Assembly: GCA_964016885.1 (NCBI GenBank)
Contig: OZ024747.1
Coordinates: 92,752,001 to 92,816,000 of the forward strand
Length of the DNA: 64,000 bases
Reading direction: 5' to 3'
Origin: Eledone cirrhosa
Lineage: Eukaryota
The position numbers were made by a program, and so were the translations under genes. Under the pieces are notes generated by a model that ran no database searches, was not told where the DNA came from, and saw nothing but the letters and a program-made list of their open reading frames with translations. Positions 24,188-35,460 of the stretch are shown one piece after another (within the stretch, counting starts at the first letter, position 1; each line of letters starts with the position of its first letter).

Positions 24188-25719
24188 TGCTCAATGGTTT
24201 TTATATATTTGATATATATATTATCCTTATCGAGCCCTCTTCAGATTTTAGTCTTCACATTTATTATTATTACTATATATATATATATATATATATATAA
24301 TGTATATATTACATGTCCATTCCATTGTTTATCATATACAGACCAGGATTGTCTTCTCAATACTGTTAGGTTGACTAAGTTATCCCCTAAGTGTGTCCCA
24401 AATCTTATTTGATTATAGTAAAATTCTTCTGCCCCCCAGAACAAGTACAAATTGTAGTTTTTTATTCTTCTACAAATTTATATTACATTTATAGCTTATT
24501 TTATTTATAAAATATTTCTAACATATAAAGATTTTTACAACTGAAATAATTTTTTTTTAAATAACTGATAAATAGAGTCAGTTTTAAATACGATAGTCCA
24601 ATTTTTATACACTACGTTAGTTTGTGTAAATTTCTTGACAGTGATTTTATATACATCTGAACATCTTCAACACTTAATCTAAGTACAAACTTTAAATTAT
24701 TGCTATTTCTTTCATATACTATATTTTGTCATCAATTGAAAGCACCCAACCAATTCTATTCCTTATTCATTTTTATGCCAAAATTATATATTCATGATAC
24801 ATCTGCTTTTCTGGCAGTAATAGGAAAAATATAAAATAAAGAATTGTTGTTAAAAAGTATAGAAAGAAAGCTTTAACCCTAAAGAAATCAACTATGACAA
24901 TGCTTAATATTAAAGGTTAAAAACAAACTAGAACGGGAGAATAAAGCAAAGCAAACAACATCTTTGAAAGGAAAAAGAAAAGAAACATTGATTATGGCAG
25001 ATTGGCAAATATATTGAAATAACATGGCCACTACTTTGACTGCTTGCATAGATGGTTTGATACTGTCTATTTAAGTAGCATATTTAATATGATTTTTACT
25101 CAATTTTCTGGATTAGGCCATCTCTCAAATTCTTCATCTCAAGCTTTTATAGTCAAAGATGCTATTTTCTTTGACATAAAAATGACATTTCATCCGGGGA
25201 AAACTTTCTATTAAACTTGCATCCCAATAGTCAACTTTATAGCACATATAATCAGAATATCATGGCTAAATGACCATGACTGATCAATATTGACATCAGC
25301 TTCCAAGATTTATTGATTAGCATCAAGTCTTGGTAAATCTTTCATTTTCTAGCCATCCATTCTTTATTAAGTTGCTTTGCAGTTTCCAAGTATTTCTATT
25401 GAAATAAATAGAGAAAAGTTTGATTTTTTTCTTTCTACTTATTTCTTAGTTTTTGAAAATAATCTATACATTTATTAATGAAATTGGTTACTGGCAGTTC
25501 AAATTCAAATAAGGCATCCAACTACTGCTATGTACATACATTTGAAAGAAACTTTCAAAAGTAACAGTAATACACATACTTTTAAAAGTTAGATAAAGAT
25601 ATAGTCAGGTTCATGTAATAAATGAATCGAGGCAATATTTTAAAATATATAAAATAGAAAGATATTAAATTTGCTTTGCTAACATGTATAACTTCAGAAT
25701 CTAGAATGTTCTTTACATT

Positions 25720-25839
25720 TACCGTATTTCCTGGCGTCAAAGACGCTACTTTTTTGTTAAAATAAGTCTCAAAAATCTACTGTCAAAATTAGGGTGCATT
25801 CTTGAGGACGAAGCATCTTCGGCACCAGGAAATATGGTA
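25720..25839. mobile_element. Tc1/mariner-pogo-type MITE
   Basis: TA-CCGTATTTCCTGG...CCAGGAAATATGG-TA. Confidence 0.7.
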
Positions 25840-26284
25840 CATTTACACTTAAGGCTCTCATATGTCAGGACTACCTGGAGATATATTTGAAAATTAGCAG
25901 ACTAATGAGCACTAATGAAATAACTAATGAAAAAAACAGTTAATGAAAAAGGTTCTACCAATAAGAAAAATCTATGGCTGTGTCAGCTTTTGCAGTGCTG
26001 CACATAAATAACATGTTTACACATATGAAGAACATCAAAGAGTAAATGAAAAAGTTGGTTTCCTTTTAAATTCTTTTAGATCCTGTTTATTACTTGATGG
26101 TCAAATATAATTAGTATTGTGCAGCTATGTGGAGCATTGGTTGACCTTGTGGAAACTATATTGTGTCTGTTTACTTCAACTTTTAGAATAGACTGAATAG
26201 ACTACAGTGTCACTGATAACATCATTAATCACAGGGAAATCAGAGTAGCAGACTCTGTCTCATCTAACTATATATACTTGTAAT

Positions 26285-26465
26285 AGTTTCTACATTTGGC
26301 AAAAGGCCAGCAATTTGAAGTGAAGGGAAAAGTCAATCAAATCAACCCTGGTACATTACTGCTACTTTATTTATCAATCCTATAAGAAGAAAAGGCAAAA
26401 CTAACCTTAGCAGGATTTGAACTCAGAATATAAAGGGCTGTAACTATCACCACAAAGCATGTTGA
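26285..26465 (-). mobile_element. Diverged SINE family 1 (long variant)
   Basis: GGATTTGAACTCAG box B and body. Confidence 0.7.
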
Positions 26466-27533
26466 GTAAGGCACAGTCACCTAACCCAAATGGAACAGCC
26501 AGTCTAACCCATGCTAACGTGGAAAATTGGACGTTAAACAATGATCATAATATATATATTCCTCTTTTCCCCATCTACCTATCTTGACAAAAGACACATT
26601 GTCCAAAACATCAATATATTTTCCTTTTCATTAAAGGATACCTCACTAAATTTGTATTGCTGTTCGTTCTTTGTCATATTAGTTCCTTTATAATTAATGG
26701 GTATTTTTGTTGAGTGTTAAGAAATGAACCAGCTGAAAGTATTATAATGTCAATTTAATATAAATTTAGTTTTATAATTAATTAATTTGATGTTATAAAT
26801 GGCAAACCCTAGAAAACAGTAGGATTTGCAAAAGCCAAGACTGTAATACAGTTTTAATTGCTGGTGAAGCCAATTTATTTCACTAATGCTTAAAGGAGAA
26901 GTATAAAGATCATACTTTTTATTTCTCTCTTCAACAAGCATTTTAAGACCATTTTTTCTGCTAAAGCAGAGGTTAGCTTTGTGGTTCCCATGACAAACTT
27001 CTTGGAGGTACTTTTCAAAACAATACTTTATGGTCTTTCTTGTTGTAATAGTCTTTAATTGTCAGTTTGACACTACGTGGTAGCCATAGCTGAGAGCAAA
27101 AATCTAAATAACTAAGAATAAATGTTTTCCCTATAACCAACATGGTTGTTTGTTCTCTTGCTCTGAATGATCTTGGAATCCATTTTGCCAATTGTCAACA
27201 CATTGTTTCCATCTCATAAAATGATGTATCTTTACTAATTTAAATCTCTAGGTCACATAGTAATTGTGACTTTGGGACTGCGGTTTCTCCCAATCCTGAT
27301 AGTGAAGATGACTCCAATTAATAGTATAAAATATATAATACCAAAAAGCTGGTGAATTGGCAGAGTTATTAGAGCATCAAATAGAATGATTTGTGGTGTT
27401 GGTGTTTGTTTTGGCTCTCTGCTCTCTGAGGTCAAATCCTACTGAGGTCAGCTTTGCCTTTCATCTATTCAAGGTCGATAAAAAAGGAACAGTCTAGTAC
27501 TGGGGTTGATTCTTCCTCTATATCTCTTTCTCA

Positions 27534-27580
<47 letters not shown>

Positions 27581-27839
27581 CTCCCCTTCTCTGGAAGATA
27601 TATGCTATATTCAGATCTGGAGAGGATTGGGTTCTGCCAGATTTAAAATTGTCCATGAAATACCGTATATCAATACAACACCACTACTACTTCCCCAGGA
27701 GTTACAGGACCATGCATGCATATAATAGTATAGATATTAATAGTATATAAAATATATATTAATATAAAAATGAAAACAATATGTCGAAAGAGATATAGTA
27801 AAGAGATACAGGCAAATGTGTATGAGTAATAATTATATA

Positions 27840-28150
27840 AGGATTTCTGATTTAGACACAAGGCCAACAATTTTGGGGGGAGGGGAAGTCGATTAAATCG
27901 ACCTCAGTGCATTACTGGTCCTTTATTTTATTGACCCCCGTATGGATAAAAGGCAAAGCTAACCTTGGCAGGATTTGAACTCAGAATGTAAAGGACCATA
28001 ACTCTATGCTGCAAAGCATGTTGTCCGACTCTCTACTGATACTGTCAATCCATGAGTAATAATTATATCATTGTTTCTACTTTTGGCACAAGGCCAGCAA
28101 TTATCCCAGTGTATTACTGGTACTTTATTTTATCGACCTAGTAATGAAGA
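27840..28150 (-). mobile_element. Two SINE family 1 copies (full long variant plus 3' fragment)
   Basis: First copy flanked by duplicated ATGAGTAATAATTATAT (27822, 28052). Confidence 0.8.
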
Positions 28151-28898
28151 AAGGAAAGGAATAAAATCAAGAGTCAGATCAGACCAAGGAAACTTCTTTC
28201 ATATAGTTACACTTCATAGTATTTGTACAAAAAAAAGCTTTTAGATTCAGGTCTGAAGACAAAAGAACCAAACTCCCACTGTCACTACCTCTGCCTCTCC
28301 CACTTTCCCAATCTCTCACTATTGTGAGCAAATGGGGCCCATACACTGGCCACCCTGCAGCTCCGGCAGACAGAATAGAAAAGGTGTTTCTCTGGAGGAT
28401 GGTGAGGGAGATGCGTTGAAAGAGCCATTCCAGCTCATGTTAGGATTAGTATATGTTGAAATAGTCAAATTTGAAAACTAAGTGATGATTGACCGAGAAC
28501 TATATTTGCTTAACATACTGTAAAAGAATAATATCTACTATTTATACATTTAAGTTTGTTACCATCATAATTTGAATCAAAAAGCCTGTCATATTCTGTT
28601 TCAAATGGAGCTTTTACTGATTTTACTGATAATAGCTTTTAAGTATTTATATTTATGTAATAATTTTCTATTTATTTTTTAATCCAAAGGATTTGACATA
28701 AAAATCTGTAAGGTTTACTTGGAATATTTATTGATGAAAGAATTAATGAATTTATTATTTTGATAAAAATCTTTTCATTTCTTCTCCTCTCCTCATTTCA
28801 CCATTTGCAAGAGATATTTTCTAATAAGGAAAATGTAAATTTATTGTCTTTTGTTGAATTTCTTTTCAAAACATTTAAAAAAATAATTCAACTGTTTG

Positions 28899-28930
<32 letters not shown>

Positions 28931-28986
28931 CATACATATATATATATATATATTATTTTTTTTCTTATACTCACTAAAAACATGTA

Positions 28987-28987
28987 T

Positions 28988-29031
<44 letters not shown>

Positions 29032-29092
29032 TAGTAGTAGCAGCAGCAGCAGTAGTAGTAACAGCAGTAGTAGTAGTAGTAGCAGCAGCAGT
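28987..29092. repeat. (AGC)/(AGT) trinucleotide array
   Basis: Directly visible. Confidence 0.95.
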
Positions 29093-29698
29093 TGCTAGGT
29101 TTTACGTCTTGTTGTTGTAATGCAATTTTCTTCATTAGAAAATTGTAGTTTTGTTGTATTGAATTAAATCTGTAAGGATTTATATTAAAAAATTTAAATA
29201 TACTAAGAATGTACATTTTAAAAAAATGTTTAGCAAAAGCATTTTCGCTGTTGGGAGCAACCAATTTGTTTTTTTTTTAGTCTTTAATGGATAGAATTTT
29301 TAATCTAATCTCCAAAGCTAAGCGAAGTTTCTATCTCATTTCAAGTCAACAACATGCTCTTTAACTTAGCTATTAAAAAATAATTTGAAAATGTTTCAAA
29401 ATTACAACTAATATGAATGGAGAGAAGGCCTATTTAGACAACTTGTCAGTAATGAATATTTTTGCATAAAGAAATAAATAAAGTAAATCCAGTCTTATAT
29501 AATTTTTTAATACAATCGTAATGATCTCTATGTTTTTGAATATTTAAATATTTTTTTAATATTTACGAATTTTTATATAATCATTTTTACATAATCTTTT
29601 TCCACAATTTAAATTATAACATCCTCTACTTGATGTTTGTGTTTGTGGTTCAGCCATAGGTCTCTGCTATAACTATCCATATTATTTCAGACATAAAG

Positions 29699-29877
29699 GG
29701 TGGTGGATCGGTAGAGCGTCAGACACCATGCTTTGCAGCATAGAGTTATGACCCTTTATATTGTGGGTTCAAATCCTGCCGAGGTTAACTTTTCCTTTCA
29801 TCCTTATGGGGTCGATAAACAAAGTACCAGTAATGTACTGATATAATTGCTGGCCTTGTGCTAAAAGTAGAAACAAT
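29699..29877 (+). mobile_element. SINE family 1 with 18-bp TSD
   Basis: ATTATTTCAGACATAAAG at 29681-29698 and 29876-29893. Confidence 0.9.
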
Positions 29878-30197
29878 TATTTCAGACATAAAGTATCTAG
29901 GACTAGGTTATCCAATATGTGAATTCTGCTATTAGATTCTTTTTTCTTTTTCTTTTCAATGGCTGATAATACCTTACCGGTGCCACTCGAGTAAGATAAT
30001 TATTTAACCAATAAATGGGGCCCTAACAGGTACTACTGCTCCAGGCCAGAGCAGACCTGGGAGTCATAAAAACTAAGGAGAAACTCCACATTCCCCACAA
30101 CCCCTGAACTCTGGAGATTGTCGAGTGTATTTTGAGGAAATTGTGACAATATCACGTAGTCCCATATATCCCCTAGCCCCATATATCACATGGACCT

Positions 30198-30360
30198 TAG
30201 AGGGTTGGACATCATACTTTGCAGCATAGAGTTACGTCCCTTTGCGGTCTGAGTTCAAATCCCACCAAGGTTAACTTTGCCTTTCATCCTTATGGGGGTT
30301 AATAAGATAAAGTATCAGTAATACACTGGGGTAATTGCTGGCTTTGTAGAAACAATTATT
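30198..30360 (+). mobile_element. SINE family 1, 5'-truncated
   Basis: Box B, body and 3' end. Confidence 0.8.
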
Positions 30361-30494
30361 TATAAGCTGCAATGAATGGTATTTTATTGTGGATTTGAAA
30401 GTGTCAAACAAAATTCATAAATAGTGAGACTGGAAGAAATATGACATAATTTCTCATCAATTCAGTAGCAATTTAGACAAGACATCATATTGTT

Positions 30495-30888
30495 TTCCTT
30501 TGCCAGGCTCTTACTGTTGGTGTTGCTGTTGTTGTTGTCGGTGTTGATATCTGTGGTGGTAGTGTTAACACTGTTTATGTCTGTAGTAGTAGTAGTAGTA
30601 GTGGTGGTGGTGGTGGTGGTGGTGGAGGTAGTAGTAGTAGTAGCAGTAGTAGTAGTAGTAGTAGTAGTAGTAGGGATGGTTTTCAACATTGTGTTTGAAC
30701 TTTTGTCATGTGTCTGGTGCATTTCGTCCATGTTTTTTTTTGTATAAAAGTTCAAATATTTGGGCCCAAGGATGGGTGCCTTATATCCTGTTATCAACAA
30801 AAAAAAATTACAAAATATCAATTCAAAAAACTTAAATTTATGAACGTTTTCTCGCACAGACTTGTATGTCTTATGCTTTCACCGCCAT
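30495..30888 (-). mobile_element. Probable 5' end (UTR + ORF1 start) of a Tx1-like relative
   Basis: Shares TTGTTGATAA, CCCAAA and ACAAAAAAA..ACATGG with the 5' UTR at 56636-56764; followed by a Thr-run and Asn/Ser-rich peptide like ORF1. Confidence 0.5.
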
Positions 30889-31703
30889 AAATAATGATAA
30901 TAATAATATTAATAATAATAATAATGCTTTCTTTATTAACCACAAGGGTTGACATAAAGTATAACATTAAGAACAGCACAGGATGGTACAAAAGGGCATT
31001 TCTGTATGTAAAGAAAAAAAAAACAATAACAAAGGAAGTAACAAAAAAAAGAAACAAAAGAAATTTCTCAATAGGGAGTAGACCTCCAAGGGTCACTCGT
31101 GGAGAAAGCCCACAAAAAGCCTTGGTGAGCCTGACCATAAGGCCAAGTGTCCTCTCCCAGTTTTCCACCTCCAATCTATAGGTGCATACTCAGAGCAGGC
31201 CCATTCACTCAGGCCATGCTTGCCTCTCTCACCCATCTTTCAACAAATTGTTGGGAAGCGAGCACTTCCCTCTCCACCCTGATTTCCCTTTTCAAATGAA
31301 ATTTGAAAAGGTTAGTCAGGATATCACCAAAGAGGTAAGTGCTTGTCTTCAGCCCTTTCAAACGCATCCACCACAGACCTCTTTCGCCATGGTCACCAGG
31401 CATGGTTAAAGGAAGGCAGAGGAGACATCCTCACAATGAACTCAGCTGAAAGCCGAATCCATCCTACACATGACAGCAGGTGTTCGACATAAACCCACAA
31501 GTCAGCTATGCTCAGACACTTGATGAGTGCATGCAGGGTGGTTTCATCACCCTGCATGCATCTTCGACAGGTCCGGCTGGAGCACTTCCATGCCTGTAGA
31601 GTTTATACCAAACTGGCAAAGCTCCCCATTAGCACTGCGAGGCCAGGGATTTCTGGAAGTTGTCCATGGGCCCTGACCCAGAAGTTCTCTCGAAGTGGAC
31701 CAG
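30889..31703 (-). mobile_element. Tx1-like LINE 3' fragment with (TTA)n tail
   Basis: RLKGLKTSTYLFGD..FKFHLKR and 3' UTR match 61770-62570. Confidence 0.9.
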
Positions 31704-31970
31704 GTTGAAAGGACTGAAGAAAGACACTTTTCTCTTCAGCTAATCCCTCAATAACTCTTTTCAAGTTTCACTTGAAAAGGAAGGTGAGGGTGGAGAGAGA
31801 AGTGCTCTCCCCTCCCCAGTATATTTGCTAAAATGTGGGTGAATGGGCCTACTCTGTGCATGTGCATGTAGGCTGGTGAATTTGAGGAGAAGAGAGGTGC
31901 CATTCCCAGGTGGGCGCCCTTAAAGCATTGGGTGGTTCAGGATTGGTGATGTACCTAAGTCGCCCCTTGG
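31704..31970 (+). mobile_element. Tx1-like 3' fragment of another subfamily, opposite orientation
   Basis: LKGLKKDTFLF..FKFHLKRKVRVEREVLS..VNGPTL; different 3' UTR. Confidence 0.75.
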
Positions 31971-32188
31971 TAGTTTGACTTTCCCCTGCGCCAAAGTTGT
32001 TGGTCTTGTGCTTAAATCAGAAACCATTATAAAAGGTGGTTGCAAAACAAAAAAGATAATAGAATGGGGGACTAAATGCCTTACAATATTTAGTTTCATC
32101 CCTTTATGGAGTTTCTTTGCTTTTTGCCCAACTAGAGTTGATAATATAAGTACTAGTCATACACTGGGGTAAATGATAAGCATATCAG

Positions 32189-32362
32189 TAGACCTACCAA
32201 CCCCTGAGAACCCAAACGGAGAGTACCATGAAAAAAGTGCCCCAAAATGGGGAAATTTTACATAATGAAAACCATACCCATTTTCACAAGAGAAGACATC
32301 TCTCACCCACCCCAAAGTTGGTGGGAGATCTCCCCGTCGGATAGTGAGAGTTGACAGGTCTG
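32189..32362. mobile_element. Short TIR element (CAGACCTG(T/C)CAAC termini)
   Basis: Second copy inverted at 54886-55080. Confidence 0.7.
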
Positions 32363-33506
32363 TCTTTGAGAATATGTGGTGATATAGTATAGGGAATTGA
32401 ATGCAAATCAGATTACTAATGCCAAAGATAAGGACAGAGAGAGAGTTGACATGTCTGTATCAGTTATGTAATAGAGTATATGTTATTGCTTATTGATATT
32501 ATAGCCAAAATGAATGAATTACAATTAATTATTTTCTCTACTGAATAACTGAAAAAAAATCCCCTTACGATTTTTTTCTGTTTGTTTAGGGATACCAAAT
32601 TGAATGAAATTAATAATTTAATAGTAGAAGATATTCTCACACTTAGAAGTTGTATGGAAACTTAGAAAAATGTTGATGAGGTAGTAGATGGGAAAGAGAA
32701 TCGTAGCAAAAGAAAGTAAGTAGCTAATAAGAATATCTGAGAAAAGTTATATTAAGAGTGTGAATGGGTATAATGGTAAAGACAAATTGAATGCTACTTC
32801 AGATGATAAAAATGGCTCCTGCAGTTACTGTTAGTAAACAATACTTCACCAGTATGACTGAAACAACTAATAAAAAAAAATGAAACATAAATATTTTAAA
32901 TCAACCTTTTCTTTTATTGCTGTTTATTTAGATTTTTATTTAGATTTTTTTTTAAATAATTTATTAAGTAGTAGTTATTGCTACAACCAAATTTTGTTTC
33001 TAATGAATAACAACCATGTGACAGGATATACTTAAACTTCTTAATGGTTCTATAATGACAACTAAGTCAGGAATCTAATGCTTGAGTCATTAATTTAAGT
33101 AGAATACTTTCGAAAAATTTCAATTCCAGCAAACTAATTGTTAATGCGCAGAAAGATACAATTATATTACAGCATAGATTGAACTTACTTTTATGGCTCT
33201 GAAGTCAAATATTTTACAGCTAACATATATAAATAGGCTTAAATTTTGATGACAATTGAGATTAACATATTTGAATTCAAACGATTCTTTTTTTACAGAT
33301 AAGTTACTAATACTTTATTATTAGGAATATCATATCACCACTTTGGATTAGCTCATGTCACCCTCCAGCTAAAAACTTCAGCAAATTCTTTTAAGGTTTT
33401 CTTTATCTAAGTTAATTTGTTTTATCATCTTTAAGCTGCAGTTGAGCTCATGTAATGTGATAAGGTAAAAAATAGTTTTTCCTTGCCCAAATATGAAGAC
33501 GATATT

Positions 33507-33733
33507 TTAACAATTTAGCATTTACATTTTTCTATATTTACTATTGTATTTTCACAGTAAAGGCTTTATCTTACATAATTATCTCACATAATATCGAATC
33601 TATGAGATTGATATTATTTATTTTGAGAACAAAACATTAACATCAGTATCAGTGGCTGGTTACAGCCAGTTTATACAGAAAAAGGTGAGGGAATTCTGGC
33701 CGGATATGGCCGGTTTAAATGCTAAAGGGTTAA
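33507..33733. mobile_element. piggyBac-type MITE flanked by ~100-bp direct repeats
   Basis: TTAA ends; 33407-33510 repeated at 33730-33832. Confidence 0.82.
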
Positions 33734-34044
33734 GTTATTTTTGTTATCATCTTTAAGCTGCAGTTAAGCTCATGTAAAGTGATAAGGTAAAAAATAGTTT
33801 TTCCTTGCTTAAATATGAAGATGACATTTTAAACGAAAATGGTTAACCCTTTTCAATAATCAATTATTGCAAATAAAGCAGAATAGTGATGTAAAAGTCT
33901 GGTTAGGAAAATATGATGCAGTAATTTTAACTATCAACCAAAAGTTGATTGTTAAAATGTCTCTACTTAAACTTAAATATATCTTTATTGAAAGCCTTAT
34001 TGGTCCATTTGACTCAAACTATCTAAGGAAAGAATGCTGTACTC

Positions 34045-34635
34045 CAGAGGTTCTCAAACTTTTGGGGACCACTGCCCCCCTCACGGCCATGTAATACCCT
34101 CACCTCCCCCCAACCCTATTTCCAGAAAGACCTGCCTACATGCAAATTGTAGATAATATATAATAAATAAAATCGTTAATTCATATATAATAAATAATAT
34201 AATATATACTAAATATGTCAAACATTTGGCCCGTGGGCTGCATGTGGCTCTTTACAAGTAGAGCAGCAGCCCACATAAAGATTTTTACAGCGCGAGCGTA
34301 ATATGAAATAAAAAAATTATTAGTTGTAATGTGCGCAATTAGTTGTCCTGTGTGGCCCTCAGACAACACATATGTGACCCATGTGGCCCTCAGACAACAC
34401 ATATGTGACCCATGTGGCCCTCGGGAGACCCTCAGTTTGACATGCTTGATATATACTATGTATAAATAAATATAATATATTTTTTATTTTACTATATTTA
34501 TATATAATATGTATCATTTGATATTTAATATACTATTATATCATCTCTATCACCCCTCTTAGGCTGCAGTTCCCCCTGGACCTTCTCAATGCTCACTGGG
34601 GGGGGGGGGGGTAGCGCCCACTTTGAGAACCTCTG
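34045..34635. mobile_element. hAT-type MITE (same family as 20217) with nested hAT MITE at 34210-34448
   Basis: Outer TSD CTGTAC(T/A)C; inner TIR ATGTCAAAC/GTTTGACAT with TSD ATATATAC. Confidence 0.85.
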
Positions 34636-34794
34636 CTGTACACCATTTAAGATTAGCAGAATATTAAAGCACTTATTACATCTGCTTTAGGAGAAAACAT
34701 AATCCAATTGGTTCCATGATCTATAAGATGTTCCAAGATAACTTACTTTGATATGCTGTTTACTGTGATGCCAATGTATATTGGTGTCTTTGAT

Positions 34795-34868
<74 letters not shown>

Positions 34869-34890
34869 TGCTTTACACTCTTGGGAATTT

Positions 34891-35103
34891 TTGCCTTAAG
34901 CATTTAAACCAGCCATATCTGGCCAGAAATCTCTCACCTCTTTCTGTTCAAACTGGCTGTAACTGCCGGGCATACCTACATTAAGGTAATGTTCTCAAAA
35001 TAAATGACATCCAAATCTCGTAGACTTGATATTATGTGAGGTAAAGTATTTACTGTGAAAATACAATAGTAAATATAGAATAATGTAAATGCTAAAGGGT
35101 TAA
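34891..35103. mobile_element. piggyBac-type MITE
   Basis: TAAATGCTAAAGGGTTAA end; body matches the family. Confidence 0.75.
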
Positions 35104-35139
35104 AAGAACAGAGCAACATAAAGTAGAGAAGACTCTTTT

Positions 35140-35460
35140 GCCATGTGGGGACAAAGCAACATGTCTATAGTAAAATACACCCAGTACACTCTGTAAAATG
35201 GTTGACAACTGAACAGAAACAAAAAAACAGAGAGGACATGATAATCTCTTTAGTGCTTGCACCATGGTAAAATACACCCAGTACACCCTATAAAGGAGTT
35301 GGTGTTAGAAAGGGGACTCAGTAATAGAAACCATTCCAAAGATGGAACATACAAGCAAGACAGAGTCCTCTAGCCTATCAAGGAAGGCAGTAACTCTGAA
35401 TAAGAACTAACTTGGAATGTAACAACCAGTCAAACTAATGCTAGCATAGAAACATCAAAA
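35140..35460 (+). mobile_element. Old RTE-type 3' UTR (unexpanded relative of the 48-bp minisatellite element)
   Basis: Two copies of AAAATACACCCAGTACAC followed by GTTGGTGTTAG. Confidence 0.65.

Noticed and set aside
26740-27250. Possible pogo/Tigger transposase fossil
   Set aside because: Too degenerate to assign by eye
28760-29264. Poly-Ser/Ala/Cys ORFs (also 55189-55543)
   Set aside because: Trinucleotide arrays with no splice or domain evidence
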